24,259 nucleotides of DNA from Gemmatales bacterium (GTDB lineage Bacteria > Planctomycetota > Planctomycetia > Gemmatales > Gemmataceae): the NCBI GenBank assembly GCA_038240465.1, contig JBBSDR010000001.1, positions 1 to 24,259 on the forward strand. The letters are read 5' to 3'. Position numbers and translations under genes: made by a program. Within the stretch, counting starts at the first letter, position 1; every line of letters starts with the position of its first letter. Positions 16,223-24,259 of this stretch are shown piece by piece. The notes beneath the pieces are model-generated. The model was not told the DNA's origin, made no database searches, and saw only the letters and a program-made list of their open reading frames with translations.

Positions 16223-17711
16223 TCACCGAATCGTCAGTGCGTAGCGGTAGCCGTCCGCGGTCGCCCACTCCTTTGGGTCCGCCTCCTGACCGTAGGTCGT
16301 CAGGACCAGGACCAATTCGTGCGTCACCCGGTCTTCCAGGAGCGAGAAGTTGGAAAACTGCACGCCGGATCCCTGGTCCGACTTGCGGTCGTCGATCGGC
16401 GTGACCGTCTTGCGCTTCAGCGCCGGCCCCTTCTCGTCCACCTCGGCGATCACCAGCGGGTAGCCATACTCCTCGTTCTCGCAGGCGGTGTTGCGCGTGA
16501 AAGAGTTACGGCCGTTGGACCACCAGAAGGCCGCCCCGTCATTGGGATCGAAGGGCAGCACCTGCTTGGGCAATTTCTTCCCATTGTAGGCTTGCACGCC
16601 GAGGTTGCGATCGAGCAGGTTGTAGACCTCGCTGGCATCTTCCAGGAAGAAGGCGTGACCGATGCTCTGGTAGCGGACACAGTCGCGGACGACCAGGAAA
16701 TGTGTGCCGTGAATGGTAACCCAGCGATTGTGCGAATCGACGATCGCGACGCCGATGACGCTGCTGCCACGCATCGTCGCGCCACAGAGGTGGTGGTGAA
16801 TGGGATACCGCCCCAGCAGGCCTTCCTGGCCCAGGAGAGCGAACCGGGCGTAGCTGATGCCGCCAGCGCAGTGGCGATGATACATCGTGTGACCACGCCC
16901 ACCATTCGGATCGGCACTCTCGATGATGACTTTGCGTGACAGGTTGGCGACCTCGCCCAGATGTTCATGAGAGAGCGCTTTGTCCAGGTGCAGCGTCAGG
17001 CCTTCGATTTTCGTGATCCGGTGCGTCTCGCTGCTGGAGGCGGCAGGGTCGTTGCGCCGGGTGTTGGCATAGGACCGTTTCGCGCCCGTGAGCAGCACCT
17101 CGTCGCCGACTCGCCAGCCCGTCACCGGCTCGGGCAGGACAACGATTTTGTCGCCCGGCACGGCATTCTTCTCCAGATGCAGCCAGGTGCGATTCATGGC
17201 CGCGCCGTGGAAGTCCATCCTCCCATCGCAGCAAACGATGCCTGGGCCGTCCTTTCTGTCCATTCCGGCAGGCAGATGGAGTCGAATGCGCGCCGTGTGC
17301 GGATGCGGGATCGGGTCCTGAGTCCTGAGGCGTGCCGACTTCAAGGGCCGCCCGGTCGCCTGGTACTGGCTCGTGCTTTCTTTCCTCAACCACGGCGTGA
17401 CAGTCGAAGCCGGTCTCGGCGTATTCCTCGGTCGGCTGGATTGTGATGACGCCGACGTTCAGGGGCGTGCTCCGGTCGCGGACAAAGGACAGCACGCCGG
17501 CGACTTGCAGATACCGGATGACCGGCGAATTGATCGCGTCAAACACAACGCTCGTCTTGCGGCCGATCGGGACGCGGTCGCCCTCCCTGGGGACCCGCCG
17601 TGCATCCCAGGTTTCCGGCGCAGACCACGGGCCGCTCTTCACCGACCGCAGCATGAACCCGACCTTGTCAGCCTTCTTCGGGGCCTGGATCTTCCCGGAT
17701 TTGTCGAGCTT
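16223..17711 (-). pseudogene. G8-domain / right-handed beta-helix gene, disrupted, with a probable foreign C-terminus
   Basis: RSVKSGPWSAPETW..VPREGDRV (G8) ..ESADPNGGRGHTM..GRYPIHHHL..HNRWVTIHGT..GHAFFLEDASE..DGAAFWWSN. Frameshift from a 7-bp duplication at 17315-17328. No start codon or signal peptide of its own at the 5' end; in frame with the upstream hydrolase. Confidence 0.75.
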
Positions 17712-18890
17712 CTACGGCTTCAGGAAGTACTCGAGGAACGCGAGTTCCAGTTCCAGGGCCTCGGCGGTCGGGACGTGCGTCTTGCGCTTGGTCAGGAACG
17801 CGCGCTGCTTGTGGCCCAACAGTGTGTTGACGGACACCAGGTAATTGAGCGCCAGCCAGTTCCTGGGAGGGTCCTGCACCCCGCCCGAGACCAGGACAGG
17901 GCGAGGCGCCATAAGCGCGTGCAGATCGACCAGATCCTCCCCGGCTTCCATCACCTCCTTGTAGAGTCCGGTGCGCGGGTTCGTCGTCGAGGGAACGCCC
18001 TCCTTGCGTCGCACCTTCGGATCGTAGCCCAGGTACCACGGTTCCCAGTAGTTGCAGTTGGGGTCCTTCTCGTTGAAGACGATGCCGGGATCGGACCAGA
18101 CGGCACAGGCGAAACGGTCATCGAGGCAGGAGGCGAACATCGACCATTTGCCGCCGTAGGAAAGCCCGATGATGCCGATGCGCTTCGAGTCCACTTCGGC
18201 CATCTGGGCCAGTGCGGTGAGACAGTTGGATGCCACATAGGCCAGGAGCGTGAGCGGTTGCCGGCGCAGCTCCTGGCCGGCCTTGACGAGGGCCTCGCGC
18301 GTGTCGCTCCCCAGCTTGTCGAGCGAGCCGGGTGTGCCAATTGACAGGGTGACGAAGCCGCGCTTCACGAGCTGCAGGCCGTAGTCATGCGTGCCGACGC
18401 CGCGCCCTTTCCCTCCCCGGCCAATGCTGGTAAGCGGTTCGTAGAAGGGGACGATCACGGCGGGGAACGGCCCTCGGCCCTTCGGAACAAGCAGATACCC
18501 ATCGACGTTTTTCCCGTCCGGGTGTACTTGCACCTGGACCTTGTGCTGCGTGTAGCCGTCGCGCTCGACGGTTTCCAGCTTCTTGACGGTGGGCTTCTCC
18601 ACCATCGGAGGCCAGGCCCCCAGGCGCTTGTGCCAGGTTTTCTGGATTTCATCTCGACGCCGTGCCCACTCCGCAGGGGTTTTGGCGAGTGAGTTGTCGG
18701 CAAACTTGAGCGGAGAACGGTAGGGTCCGAACTTGCCGACGAATTCTTCCGGCGGCTGCGCGTAGGGCTCCAGTTTCTTCCATAGCGATTCACGCGCGGC
18801 CGGCTCCTGCGTGTGAGCGGTCGTCGTCAAGGCGGCCAGTAGCAAAGCGAAGCCGAGACTCTGTCGGAGATGCGGGAGATGGCGCAACAT
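17712..18890 (-). CDS. secreted alpha/beta hydrolase (dienelactone hydrolase / esterase-like)
   Basis: Start at ATG 18890 (MLRHLPH..FALLLAALTTTAHTQ, signal-like). GYLLVPKGRGPFPAVIV, nucleophile motif GLSYGG, DLVDLHALMAPRPVLVSGG and a candidate catalytic His in KTHVP. Confidence 0.85.
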   Translation of the reverse strand: MLRHLPHLRQSLGFALLLAALTTTAHTQEPAARESLWKKLEPYAQPPEEFVGKFGPYRSPLKFADNSLAKTPAEWARRRDEIQKTWHKRLGAWPPMVEKPTVKKLETVERDGYTQHKVQVQVHPDGKNVDGYLLVPKGRGPFPAVIVPFYEPLTSIGRGGKGRGVGTHDYGLQLVKRGFVTLSIGTPGSLDKLGSDTREALVKAGQELRRQPLTLLAYVASNCLTALAQMAEVDSKRIGIIGLSYGGKWSMFASCLDDRFACAVWSDPGIVFNEKDPNCNYWEPWYLGYDPKVRRKEGVPSTTNPRTGLYKEVMEAGEDLVDLHALMAPRPVLVSGGVQDPPRNWLALNYLVSVNTLLGHKQRAFLTKRKTHVPTAEALELELAFLEYFLKP

Positions 18891-19179
18891 CGATGCCCCC
18901 CTGGAACGAATGCAGGTTCCGTAAGCTGGGCGTTTCACAACTCGCTGATTGATCTCTGCAACCTCATCGTTGAGCTATCGCGGATAGTAACCCTCCTGGC
19001 ACCCGGTCGCAACTGTTTTGCAGCCCCAGCATCGCACAGGCGGGGTTCCCGTCCTCCCCGAAGGCTTCCCCTGGAGGAAATCCGCGCGAAGATACTCCCG
19101 AATGGCGGAAGAGTCGCTCGGGCGTACAATCCTCGAAGGACCGCAATCGCCCTTCCGACCAACTCGAACGGAGCCAGCC

Positions 19180-19614
19180 ATGTATCGGACGTTCTTCGCA
19201 CTCGCCGTCGCTGCCGTCGCGGTCAGCGGAATGATTCTGGCGCATCACGACGAACACACCAAACCGAATGTGAAGGTCCTCTCCGCAAAGGACATCGCCG
19301 AGAAACTCGACGGCAAGAAGGCGAAGGCAACGACAGTCGAGGTGACCCTGGAACCGGGCCAGTCGAGCGCGCCGCACCGGCACCCCGGCCCGGTGTTTGG
19401 CTACGTCCTCGAAGGCGAGTACGAGTGGGCCATCGATGAGAACCCCGCCAGTTCGCTCAAGGTCGGAGATACCTTCTACGAGCCGACTGGCTGCCTGCAT
19501 CGAGTGTCGAAGAACCCGAGCAAGACGGGCAAGACGCGCGTGCTGGCCGTCCTCCTGCATCCCCAGGACGTCAAGGATCTCGTCATCCCGGAGAAGAACA
19601 AACCGAAAGATTGA
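19180..19614 (+). CDS. secreted cupin domain protein
   Basis: GGAG RBS; signal peptide MYRTFFALAVAAVAVSG; cupin motifs PHRHPGPVFGYVLEGEY and GDTFYEPTGCLHRVSKN. Confidence 0.9.
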   Translation: MYRTFFALAVAAVAVSGMILAHHDEHTKPNVKVLSAKDIAEKLDGKKAKATTVEVTLEPGQSSAPHRHPGPVFGYVLEGEYEWAIDENPASSLKVGDTFYEPTGCLHRVSKNPSKTGKTRVLAVLLHPQDVKDLVIPEKNKPKD

Positions 19615-19635
19615 CCGAGCACCCAAGGAGTTGGA

Positions 19636-19743
19636 ATGAGGTTTGCCCTCCTTTGCATCTCCTTGACAGTCGTCGGATCGGTTTCCGCCATCGTTCCCTC
19701 CTTCCACCCGAAAGCCAGGCCGTTTGCGGAAACCTTTGAATAG
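19636..19743 (+). CDS. 35-aa small ORF with a signal-peptide-like N-terminus (not in the ORF track)
   Basis: AAGGAG (19625-19630), then ATG 19636: MRFALLCISLTVVGSVSAIVPSFHPKARPFAETFE-TAG. Confidence 0.4.
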   Translation: MRFALLCISLTVVGSVSAIVPSFHPKARPFAETFE

Positions 19744-19781
19744 TACGGTCTCCAACGGGGCGGACCGACGGTCTGGGGCTG

Positions 19782-21671
19782 CTACCTCCCCTTTGGCGCC
19801 TGGCCTTTCTCGGAGAACGGCATCGTGAGCGGGAAGTCCACCAGTTCGCCGTTGACGAAGTGCGACGTCGGCGGGATGAGCAGCCGCCCCGCCCACGCAT
19901 GGGCGCTCCTGTGGACCTCCCCCTCGACCGCCTTGCTCGCCCCGCCGCGTTCAAAGGTGATGGTCCCCGGCGGGTGGATGACCGTCTCGTTCCGGAACAG
20001 CACCCGCCCCGTGCGGTCGGTCAGCGCGGAGGCGCACTCGATGGTGCGATGGGCGGCGTTCTCGCTGCCCACACCGGGGCTGACGTAGGAGATGAACTTG
20101 CCGCTGACGATCTCCTTCGCGTTGATCGTCAGCGTCAGGTCGCCCGCCGCGGCCGGCTTCAGCCCACTGTTCACCAGCGAGAGGCCCGCTGCGTCCTCCA
20201 AGCTGCGCTTCAGCCCGTCCGAGGTGGCTGTGATCGCTATGCGCACGTCAGATCCGGGCGGGATTGCCGGCCTGATGTCACCCTTCTCCAACCGCTGCAA
20301 GACGGCCCTGGCGGCGGCGTTGATCACCGGGCGCGGGTAGAAGACACGGCCCTTGCCGTCGGCAGTCGGCTCGACCACCCAGAGCCGCCCGTCGGGCGTA
20401 CCCTTTGCCACGATGAGCGGCGGCTCGGCCAGGTAGCGCGCGAAGGGCAGTAACTTCCCCGTCTGATACAGGCACCAGCCCTGGGCGAGGAAGCCGCCCT
20501 CGACGAATCGCGCCGGGCCGGGGCCGAGCGGTGCCCGTGTTTTGTCCACCCACACATTCCGCGTCAGGTCGCGGCGGCAGATGTTCATTGCGCCGGTCTC
20601 CAACTCGCGCTCGAAGTCGTTGCCGTCGGGCTGCTGGTCCCTGGGGGCGAAGGCGAACTTCACCCGCACTGCTTGGTACAGCTTGCTCACCGCCCCGATC
20701 AGCAGCTCCTTGCCGTCGCGGCTGAACGCCATCGGCATGTTGCCGTAGAACGGCTCGTCCTCGTTCCCGATGATGCCGTGACACTCGCCACTCGCGATCT
20801 CGACGATGTCGATGCCGCGGGCCGTGCGGAAGGCGACGTACTTGCGATTCGGGCTTAACTCCGGGAAGCCCTTGACCTCCTTGAAGCGCTGCTTCTCGCC
20901 CCCCTGGACGGTCCACTTGACGAGATCCTGGCCGTCCCAGGCGAGGACGTGGTCGTTGTCGGGGAACCCCAGCCAGCGGTGGCGGGCGCCCACGCCGTTC
21001 GGCCATTTCTTCAGGAGCCTGTTCGCGTTCAGGTCGTGGACGGCGATCTCGGTTTCCGATTCGTTCTGGGTGGCGACGCGGCTGCCATCGGGGCTGAGGG
21101 CCATGCGGAAGCCCACGTCGCCGCCCATCTCCGCCTTCTTGATGGCGCCGAAGCCGGGGCGGGCCGACTGCCGCCGGAACAACGTCACGGTGCCGAGCCG
21201 CTGGCCTGTCGTCAGGTCGAAGCGATCGACGTTGACGGGGCGGACAGCGTGGTCGCGGCCCTTCTCGCCCTCGTAGGCGACCACCGCCTGGGCCGATCCC
21301 GAACTGCTGAAAGCGATGTCCATGACCCTGTGCGGGTCTTCAGCCAGGGGCATCTTCGCGTCGGTGAGCACCTTCGGAGTGGCGGCGTCGGGGACATAGC
21401 GCCATGCGACGGGGGCAGGGCCGTTATCGATGGGGGGCGGGTCGCGGGGTGGGAGGCTGTCGTCGTCTGAGCCTGAGCCGCCGCGCAAGACCACGACGAT
21501 GATCACGGCGATCAGCACGACAAGGGCACCCGCGCCGCCGAGGATCCACGGCAGAGAGCTGCCGCCGCGGCTCTTGCGCCGGCGGGGGCGGTCGTCCTCG
21601 TCCCGGGAGCGCCGGCGGCGCGGCTCGTGTTCGTCTTCGTGAGAAACTCTCCGTCGGTCGGATCGCGCCAT
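19782..21671 (-). CDS. single-TM WD40-like beta-propeller protein
   Basis: Start at ATG 21671. Arg/Asp-rich N-tail (RRRRSRDEDDRPRRRK), TM LPWILGGAGALVVLIAVIIVVVL, Pro-rich linker, and blades ALSPDGSRVA, LSPNRKYVA, AFSRDGKELL. Confidence 0.8.
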   Translation of the reverse strand: MARSDRRRVSHEDEHEPRRRRSRDEDDRPRRRKSRGGSSLPWILGGAGALVVLIAVIIVVVLRGGSGSDDDSLPPRDPPPIDNGPAPVAWRYVPDAATPKVLTDAKMPLAEDPHRVMDIAFSSSGSAQAVVAYEGEKGRDHAVRPVNVDRFDLTTGQRLGTVTLFRRQSARPGFGAIKKAEMGGDVGFRMALSPDGSRVATQNESETEIAVHDLNANRLLKKWPNGVGARHRWLGFPDNDHVLAWDGQDLVKWTVQGGEKQRFKEVKGFPELSPNRKYVAFRTARGIDIVEIASGECHGIIGNEDEPFYGNMPMAFSRDGKELLIGAVSKLYQAVRVKFAFAPRDQQPDGNDFERELETGAMNICRRDLTRNVWVDKTRAPLGPGPARFVEGGFLAQGWCLYQTGKLLPFARYLAEPPLIVAKGTPDGRLWVVEPTADGKGRVFYPRPVINAAARAVLQRLEKGDIRPAIPPGSDVRIAITATSDGLKRSLEDAAGLSLVNSGLKPAAAGDLTLTINAKEIVSGKFISYVSPGVGSENAAHRTIECASALTDRTGRVLFRNETVIHPPGTITFERGGASKAVEGEVHRSAHAWAGRLLIPPTSHFVNGELVDFPLTMPFSEKGQAPKGR

Positions 21672-21762
21672 GTCGAATTCCATGGGAAGTTGCTGGCATT
21701 CTTTCAACAAGCTCAGCCGGGATCGGTTGCTCCGGTTCCGGACCCAACTGTTACCTGTGAGT

Positions 21763-21977
21763 TTACTTATGCACTGGCTTCTCCGCCACGACCGGAACTT
21801 CGATCTTCCCTGGGGTCACCCGATCCTTCCAGAACGGGACGGTCACGCTGATGGTTGCCTTGGGCGGCGCGGCTCAACGTATTCGGCGAAGTTGACGAAG
21901 ATGCCCGCAGTGCCGCGCGGCACATAGACGTAACTCTTCTGCCACTGCTTGCCGTGACCGTGATCGTGGCGATTCAC
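21763..21977 (-). pseudogene. frameshifted gene remnant
   Basis: VNRHDHGHGKQWQKSYVYVPRGTAGIFVNFAEYVEPRR joins PKATISVTVPFWKDRVTPGKIEVPVVAEKPVHK-TAA if one base is added at the G run 21862-21864. Confidence 0.3.
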
Positions 21978-22001
21978 CGGCCCGCAATCGGGGCGGAAGA
22001 G

Positions 22002-22029
22002 AATAACTCTTCGGGATTGGAGAGTTATT
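22002..22029. terminator. hairpin overlapping the stop codon of the heme protein gene; terminator-like
   Basis: aataactct / agagttatt 9-bp stem. The minus-strand U-tract is weak. Confidence 0.4.
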
Positions 22030-24259
22030 TCAACGTCTGCATATACAGGATCAAATCGACAAACTCGCGTCGACTCATCGTCGCCTCCTGACCGTCCGGC
22101 ATCACCGACACCTTCGTCGTGGCTCGACTCTCCACGTCCTCCTTGGCGATGCGTTCCTCCTTGTCGAGACTCAGGACGCGCAGGAACTTGCCGTCGTCCT
22201 TGACCAGCCCTGTCAGGACCTTGCCGTTCTTCAGTTCGATCCGCTCTGATTCAAAGCCGGTCTTGATGACCCTCGACGGATACAGCACCGACTCGATCAG
22301 GTAATCGACCTTTTGCCCCGCGATGCCCTTGAGCGACGGAGCCAACAGCGTCGTCTGCGTCGCCGTCGTGTGGCACTTGGTGCAGGCGTTGCGCTCGAAG
22401 ACTTGCAAGCCCATCGCCGCGCGTTTGGGACGATCGGTGGCTGGGATGTCTGCGAGTTCCTCGAGTGCGTATTTCGTCAGGCCGTCCTTGTCTCGTTCCC
22501 TTTCGGGCAAGTTGAGCGACTTGATCGCTGACGGATGATTCAGGTGTCGAAACACGGTGGCCAGGTCGTCATCGAGGTCGGCGTCGGTTTTCAGGAGCTT
22601 CGGAGCATGGCGAACCAACGTCGCGACCATCCTGGGCCGCGCCTTGAAGTCGCGCCACCACCTCACGGCTTCTGCGCGGACGAAACGGTCGTCATGTGCC
22701 AGCATCTTTTCCCAGGCATCCTCCGTGGGCGTTGCCTCAACGCGGGCGACCGTCGATAGGTATTCGATCGTGTCCTCGAATTTCGTCTTCGGATTGAGTA
22801 CGTTTGGCCACAATCCGTTGCCAACGGAGGACGCCTTCGTGCCGAAGCGCCGCGCCAGCGTGTGGGCCGCCTGCTTGAGGGCCGGATTGGCCGAGCGCAA
22901 CTGCCCCTCGATCTGCTTCAAGGCAAACGGCGTTGGGCCTTCGGATTCGAGGAACTCGAAGAGCACCAGTTGATCGGCCGGCGACGCGATCCTGAGCGAA
23001 CCCTTCTCGACCGCTTCGATGAGGCGTTTGCCCGCGGCGGCACTGAGCTTCGTGGACGCCAGGCTGCCGCCTGCCTTCGCTTTCAGGACCAGGATGGCCC
23101 TGGCGATGGTGGCGGTCGGCAGATCGTCATTCGCGATGAGTTTCTCAAGAGCAGGCACGATCGACGCATCGCCGTTGAGCTGAGCGACCGTCAGCAGCAG
23201 TTGATGATCGAGCTTGCCGGGCTTCTCCAACGCCCTGGAGAGCGCTTCCAGTGCGATTTTCCTGGTCGGGAAATCCTCGTAACAGGCGACATCGATGGCG
23301 ATCAGCCCGGCGAGGCGCACGTTGGCGTCGTCGGAGGTTAGAAGTTTGGTGAGCGCCTTTTCATCCGCGTGTTTGGCGAGATGCCAGGCGACTTCGTAAC
23401 GCAGATGGGCATCGTTCGCCAGGGTAGGGTTCAACACCTCCAGGAGCGCGGCGCCTGTACGTCCGGGCCAATTGTCGTTCAAGCCGACGCCGAGCGCACC
23501 CGCCAGGCGCACGGCCGGGTCTTTGTCTCTTTCCACTGCAATCTGGGAAGAAACCTCGCCGACTCCCACTCCGAGACGACGAATCAAATCCAGCGACAGG
23601 CGACGGACCCGCCAATCGGGGTTCTTGTCTCCCAGAGGAATATGCCGATACGCCCGCGTATCTTTGGCCCCGATGAGCATCAACGTCCACAGCGCATTTG
23701 CCGCGGCCAGGGGTTCCCTGGAGTCGTTCGCGCACAAGGCCAGGCTGGCGATGGCTCCCACCCCGCCCTTCGACAGCACCTGAGTCGCCTTCTCGCGAAT
23801 CAAATGACTCGGCGATCCCAGCGCCTCGATCGCGTAATCGTCGTTCTTCCAATCCGGCGAATCGAGCTTATGCTTGACGACCGGGGCATTCTTGCCGACG
23901 TACTTCAAGCGCCAGATGCGGCCGGTCATGTCGCTCTCGTCGTCACGGCCGTACCAGTCGGCGATCAGGAGGCTGCCATCGACGTCGAGATGGATGTGGC
24001 TGGGGCGGAAGTGCGGGTCGGTGCAGGCGACCAGCGTTTCCTTCTTGACGACGTTGTTGCGCTCGTCGAGGACGAAGCGGAAGATGCCGCGGTTGGGGCC
24101 AGCAAACCCGTGCCGGCCCCAGTTGCAGGCGAACAGGTTGCCCTGATACTCCTGCGGAAAATTGGCGGCGTAGTAGCGCATGAGCTGGGTGTGGGCGCCG
24201 CCGTGGACTTCCTCGCAAGGCGGCGCGAGCGGATGATTGCCCGCGAGCCAGTTGTTATC
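22025..24259 (-). CDS. PVC-type heme-binding CxxCH protein (dehydrogenase-like propeller, HEAT repeats, cytochrome c); 5' end outside the window
   Basis: The frame is open to the window edge (DNNWLAGNHPL..HTQLMRYY). DGSLLIADWY..GRIWR, HEAT-like repeats (DWRVRRLSL, DPAVRLAG), and NACTKCHT..YLIESVLYPSRVIKTGF..VSVMPDG. Confidence 0.9.
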   Translation of the reverse strand, partial: DNNWLAGNHPLAPPCEEVHGGAHTQLMRYYAANFPQEYQGNLFACNWGRHGFAGPNRGIFRFVLDERNNVVKKETLVACTDPHFRPSHIHLDVDGSLLIADWYGRDDESDMTGRIWRLKYVGKNAPVVKHKLDSPDWKNDDYAIEALGSPSHLIREKATQVLSKGGVGAIASLALCANDSREPLAAANALWTLMLIGAKDTRAYRHIPLGDKNPDWRVRRLSLDLIRRLGVGVGEVSSQIAVERDKDPAVRLAGALGVGLNDNWPGRTGAALLEVLNPTLANDAHLRYEVAWHLAKHADEKALTKLLTSDDANVRLAGLIAIDVACYEDFPTRKIALEALSRALEKPGKLDHQLLLTVAQLNGDASIVPALEKLIANDDLPTATIARAILVLKAKAGGSLASTKLSAAAGKRLIEAVEKGSLRIASPADQLVLFEFLESEGPTPFALKQIEGQLRSANPALKQAAHTLARRFGTKASSVGNGLWPNVLNPKTKFEDTIEYLSTVARVEATPTEDAWEKMLAHDDRFVRAEAVRWWRDFKARPRMVATLVRHAPKLLKTDADLDDDLATVFRHLNHPSAIKSLNLPERERDKDGLTKYALEELADIPATDRPKRAAMGLQVFERNACTKCHTTATQTTLLAPSLKGIAGQKVDYLIESVLYPSRVIKTGFESERIELKNGKVLTGLVKDDGKFLRVLSLDKEERIAKEDVESRATTKVSVMPDGQEATMSRREFVDLILYMQTLK

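Noticed and set aside
15780-16244. 154-aa ORF (GGAGG before ATG 15825)
   Set aside because: No motifs, atypical composition, runs through palindromic DNA and overlaps the convergent gene end.
17712-17714. Pyrrolysine or genome-wide TAG recoding
   Set aside because: Other genes here end normally at TAG or use it as a clear stop, and no pyl genes are in view.
22025-24259. CxxCH/HEAT protein as a novel system
   Set aside because: It belongs to a well-known, highly expanded PVC family, and nothing unusual is visible in the part shown.
1-24259. CRISPR array, rRNA or intact tRNA
   Set aside because: No regularly spaced repeats, no rRNA-like sequence and no complete cloverleaf were found by eye.

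Overview
High-GC bacterial window with a Planctomycetota (Gemmataceae-like) gene repertoire; the taxon is inferred from family content. It is an accessory, partly decaying region. Left to right: a DUF1501 gene and a PPC-domain gene, split by a lower-GC 1.76 kb insert with its own near-consensus sigma70 promoter. The insert carries a three-gene DUF6941 / small protein / PemK-MazF operon, the best candidate for an undescribed system; the toxin's true N-terminus is hidden behind a G5 frameshift. Next come an orphan cytochrome c oxidase subunit IV and a complete ISAzo13-family IS (TA duplication, 30-bp IRs, A7G4 frameshift). These are followed by a twice-frameshifted Zn-finger/GYF_2 membrane protein, a lactonase, a tRNA-like fold lacking an anticodon arm, an AlkD-like repair protein and two related membrane-anchored beta-propeller proteins. 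An alpha/beta hydrolase sits in frame, across a single TAG, with a damaged G8-domain gene whose C-terminus appears swapped. A cupin, a small ORF and a partial CxxCH heme protein close the window. Several frameshifts are single missing Gs in G runs and may be sequencing errors. All family assignments are by motif recognition; no database search was run. No rRNA, intact tRNA or CRISPR array was seen.
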